A stretch of 57,967 nucleotides of DNA from a virus (Duplodnaviria > Caudoviricetes): the IMG/VR virus record IMGVR_UViG_3300037721_000035, positions 1-57,967 of that record, one strand, 5' to 3'. This document shows positions 55,526-57,967 of the stretch, piece by piece. Made by a program: the position numbers and the translations under genes. Position 1 is the first letter of the stretch. Every line of letters begins with the position of its first letter. Under the pieces are notes generated by a model. It was given only the letters and a program-made list of their open reading frames with translations. It ran no database searches and was not told the DNA's origin.

Positions 55526-56114
55526 GGAATTAATGATGAACAATTTTTTAAGGTGTTTATGTTATAAAGATTATTCCTCGCTAATTAAATCGGGCGCACC
55601 AGATAAGGAGGAATTGTTGTCTGCCTGGTATTTAATCATAAGTGAGTACAACGAACTTAAAAAGATAGATATATCTGAAAGCAAGTATTGGAGCATAACG
55701 CAGGAGCTTACACGATTACATAACCATCTATTTTTGTTACAACAGTGTATCGACTATTTATCTTTTGAATATAGTGAAGAAGTAGCAAAGTCATTAAGAA
55801 GTTTAGGCTATAGATTCAAATGCCCATCCAAAGACCCGGCAGATTATATAGGGGAACTTTATAAAGTAGCTGAAAAAGCAAAAACAAAATACGTACAAAT
55901 ACAACAATACAATAAACAGCTTAAAGATTTTTTAGCAACGCAGGAAGGTATCGAGCCGGATTACGCGACTTTTGAAACACGGTTAATCGCTATAGAAGAA
56001 ATGCAACATACCGTTTATGATCTGGAAACTTTATCTGTAAGTAAGTTTATAGCGTTGGAAAATAAACAACGCGATATGATTTTAGCATTAGAATTAAAAG
56101 CCGCAAGAAATTAA
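55407..56114 (+). CDS. Tail assembly chaperone-like protein
   Basis: Helical protein just upstream of TMP. Confidence 0.5.
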   Translation: MKLKSSSYYTKLRKAYRLIWKPKPRDLQVYVSSDIYRTCRELMMNNFLRCLCYKDYSSLIKSGAPDKEELLSAWYLIISEYNELKKIDISESKYWSITQELTRLHNHLFLLQQCIDYLSFEYSEEVAKSLRSLGYRFKCPSKDPADYIGELYKVAEKAKTKYVQIQQYNKQLKDFLATQEGIEPDYATFETRLIAIEEMQHTVYDLETLSVSKFIALENKQRDMILALELKAARN

Positions 56115-56119
56115 AAGTT

Positions 56120-56209
56120 ATGTCTGAAAATAATAGCGCTTTTCAATGTGGTATAGTTATCGGGGTTGCGGTAAGCATGCTTATAGGTTTTATATTAACA
56201 CTATTGTAA
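56120..56209 (+). CDS. 29-aa TM peptide
   Basis: Hand-read ORF MSENNSAFQCGIVIGVAVSMLIGFILTLL. Confidence 0.4.
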   Translation: MSENNSAFQCGIVIGVAVSMLIGFILTLL

Positions 56210-56218
56210 TATTAAAAT

Positions 56219-57967
56219 ATGGCTAACGAAAAAATAGAACGGATTGTAAGTAAAGAGGCCATAGGTTCTTTCCAGGAATTACGCGAATTAGTAGACGCGA
56301 ATGTAACGGGTTTTGAAAAACTAATTGCAATGGGTGTTCAACTTAACACCTCATTAGGTAAAGCAAAAACATTTAAGGAATTTAATGAAGAAATAGCAAA
56401 GCTACGGGCTAATGAATCGGCGCTATCGGGGCAGGTCCAACAGCTTACCGTAGCTTTAGAAGCCTTGCAAAAACAAAAGGCGAAAGGTACCGGCGTAACT
56501 TCTGATTTAGATAAAGCGGAAAAAAGATTAAGTGATTCTTACAGCGCTGCCGGTAGAAAGTTAGCTGAAGTACGGGAGCAACAGATCTTAGTAAACGCGG
56601 CCAATAAGAAATCGGCACAGGAAACATTAGGACTTGTTGATGCGTACAAGCAGTTAGAAAACGAATATAAAAAAGCGTCGCGCGAAGCGCAAAATCTTAC
56701 GTTGCAATACGGGGCTAACAGTGTTGAAGCAAAAGAAGCTATTGCGCTTGCTGCCTCGTTAGATGCCCGGTTAAAAGAAGCGGATTTTAGTATAGGCAAG
56801 TACGGCAGAAACGTAGGTAATTACGGCAATTCGTTAAAGACCTTAGAAAAGTATTTGGCCGATGTGCGAAACGAATTAACTGCAACAAAGCAGGCAGCGG
56901 GTACGGGCCTTTCTATAACCGTTCCTACGGGACCCGCGTCCGTAGGTGCGCGTAACCCACAAGGACCATTAAGAGGCAATGACCAGGCAACCCAGCAAAT
57001 GGTAAGGTATAGCCGGGCGGTAGGGGAATCTTCCGAAAAAGTTCAGGCGCTACAGAAGCAGGAAGAATTGTTGACGCGTATTGTTAATAGTCAAATTGCC
57101 GGCTATGCTTCAGCTACGCAAGAACTAAAAAGTAATGAAAAAGCCTTACAAGCGTTAGGCGCTGCCGGTCTTCAGAATACCGCATTTTATAAAGAACTAT
57201 TGGCCGATACTGCCCGATTGAAAGATGGTGTGGGGGATTTGAAAGCTGAAATAAAAGCCCTTGCCAGTGATACCCGTCAATTTGATTTAGTTGCCGGGGC
57301 GGTCACGGGTTTAGTCAGCGCATTTCAAGTAGGTGCAGCGGTAACTGAAGTATTCACAACAAACAATGAAGATGTACAGGAGAGCATACAACGCCTAACC
57401 GCTTTGCAGAATATAGCACAGGGTGTGCAAAGTTTAGCAAACGAATTGACCACCAAAGGTACCGCCTTAAATAAGCTATATAATTTCGTAATTGGAGAAG
57501 GGGCAAAAACAAAAGGGGCGAGTACGGTAGCAACCGGTGTGAATACGGTAGCTACTGAAGCAAACACCGTAGCCACTGAAGCCGCTACGGTCGCTACTAC
57601 GGGGCTATCTACAGCAACGAAAGTATTACGAGGTGCTTTGATTGCTTCAGGCATTGGGGTTCTTATCGCGGCTGTGCTATACCTGGTAAGTAAATTGCAG
57701 GATTGGAAGAACGCGGATATAGAGCTTATCAAAAAACAAGCTGAATTAAATGCCACTACTTTAGAAACCATAAGGGTTAATAAGGAGTTGGCCTCGTTGA
57801 CACAAACCGATGTTGGTACCTACATTCAAGGAATTAAAAACCGGTTGGCTTTTAATCAGGCATATGGTAAAAGTCAGGGGGAAATTTTAGCTAATGAGAA
57901 AGAGTTACTACTTGCCAGGCAATTAGCAAACAGCGAAAAGTTTTTTGCAACCGGTGGGTTTACCGCG
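56219..57967 (+). CDS. Tape measure protein, 5' part (missing from the ORF track because it has no stop in the window)
   Basis: ATG 56219 MANEKIERIVSK...; contains RNVGNY and LIASGIG motifs; joins ORF 5..2167 in frame. Confidence 0.88.
   Translation, partial: MANEKIERIVSKEAIGSFQELRELVDANVTGFEKLIAMGVQLNTSLGKAKTFKEFNEEIAKLRANESALSGQVQQLTVALEALQKQKAKGTGVTSDLDKAEKRLSDSYSAAGRKLAEVREQQILVNAANKKSAQETLGLVDAYKQLENEYKKASREAQNLTLQYGANSVEAKEAIALAASLDARLKEADFSIGKYGRNVGNYGNSLKTLEKYLADVRNELTATKQAAGTGLSITVPTGPASVGARNPQGPLRGNDQATQQMVRYSRAVGESSEKVQALQKQEELLTRIVNSQIAGYASATQELKSNEKALQALGAAGLQNTAFYKELLADTARLKDGVGDLKAEIKALASDTRQFDLVAGAVTGLVSAFQVGAAVTEVFTTNNEDVQESIQRLTALQNIAQGVQSLANELTTKGTALNKLYNFVIGEGAKTKGASTVATGVNTVATEANTVATEAATVATTGLSTATKVLRGALIASGIGVLIAAVLYLVSKLQDWKNADIELIKKQAELNATTLETIRVNKELASLTQTDVGTYIQGIKNRLAFNQAYGKSQGEILANEKELLLARQLANSEKFFATGGFTA
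57841..57967. repeat. Terminal 127-bp overlap, identical to 1-127
   Basis: Exact duplicate. Confidence 0.97.

Noticed and set aside
325-57771. Minus-strand ORFs in the ORF track
   Set aside because: They are antisense shadows of well-supported + strand genes and lack promoters or recognisable motifs.
1-57967. tRNA genes, stop-codon reassignment, reverse transcriptase/DGR
   Set aside because: No cloverleaf with a T-loop was seen in intergenic DNA, core genes are intact under code 11, and no RT motifs or template/variable repeat pair were seen by eye.

Overview
The window is a complete, circularly assembled genome of a tailed dsDNA (siphovirus-like) phage of about 57,840 bp. Bases 1-127 are repeated exactly at 57841-57967, and the tape-measure gene runs across the junction. 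The host is very likely in Bacteroidota: promoters are TTTG-N18-20-TAnnTTTG, signal peptides are followed by Gln, and leaders are AT-rich without Shine-Dalgarno sites. Almost all genes are on the + strand. Gene order: tail (TMP 3' part, hub, collar protein, fibre) > lysis (holin-like, spanin-like, amidase) > divergent control region with a Cro-like HTH gene > replication (DUF2800 nuclease, DUF2815 SSB, PolA, ECF sigma, RNase H, RNA-ligase-like, VirE primase-helicase, iteron origin, VRR-NUC, SNF2 helicase) > terS and intein-containing terL > a 12-kb accessory island > portal, protease, HK97 capsid, connectors, tail tube, TMP. I found no integrase, tRNA or CRISPR array. The best candidate for an undescribed system is virion glycosylation in a Bacteroidota phage. 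A Stealth-family transferase, a sugar O-methyltransferase and a GT11-GT2/7 fusion sit just upstream of the portal gene, and both the major capsid and tail-tube proteins end in Pro-Gly-Ser, matching the C-terminal O-glycosylation reported for mycobacteriophage virions. Other highlights: a 13-site TACC-N8-GGTA operator regulon whose longer copies look like cassette-shuffling repeats, a tail-fibre-like protein with a Sec signal peptide and many host O-glycosylation motifs, a lone leftward 31-aa membrane peptide, and a candidate kissing-loop RNA. All product calls come from motif recognition by eye; no database searches were run.
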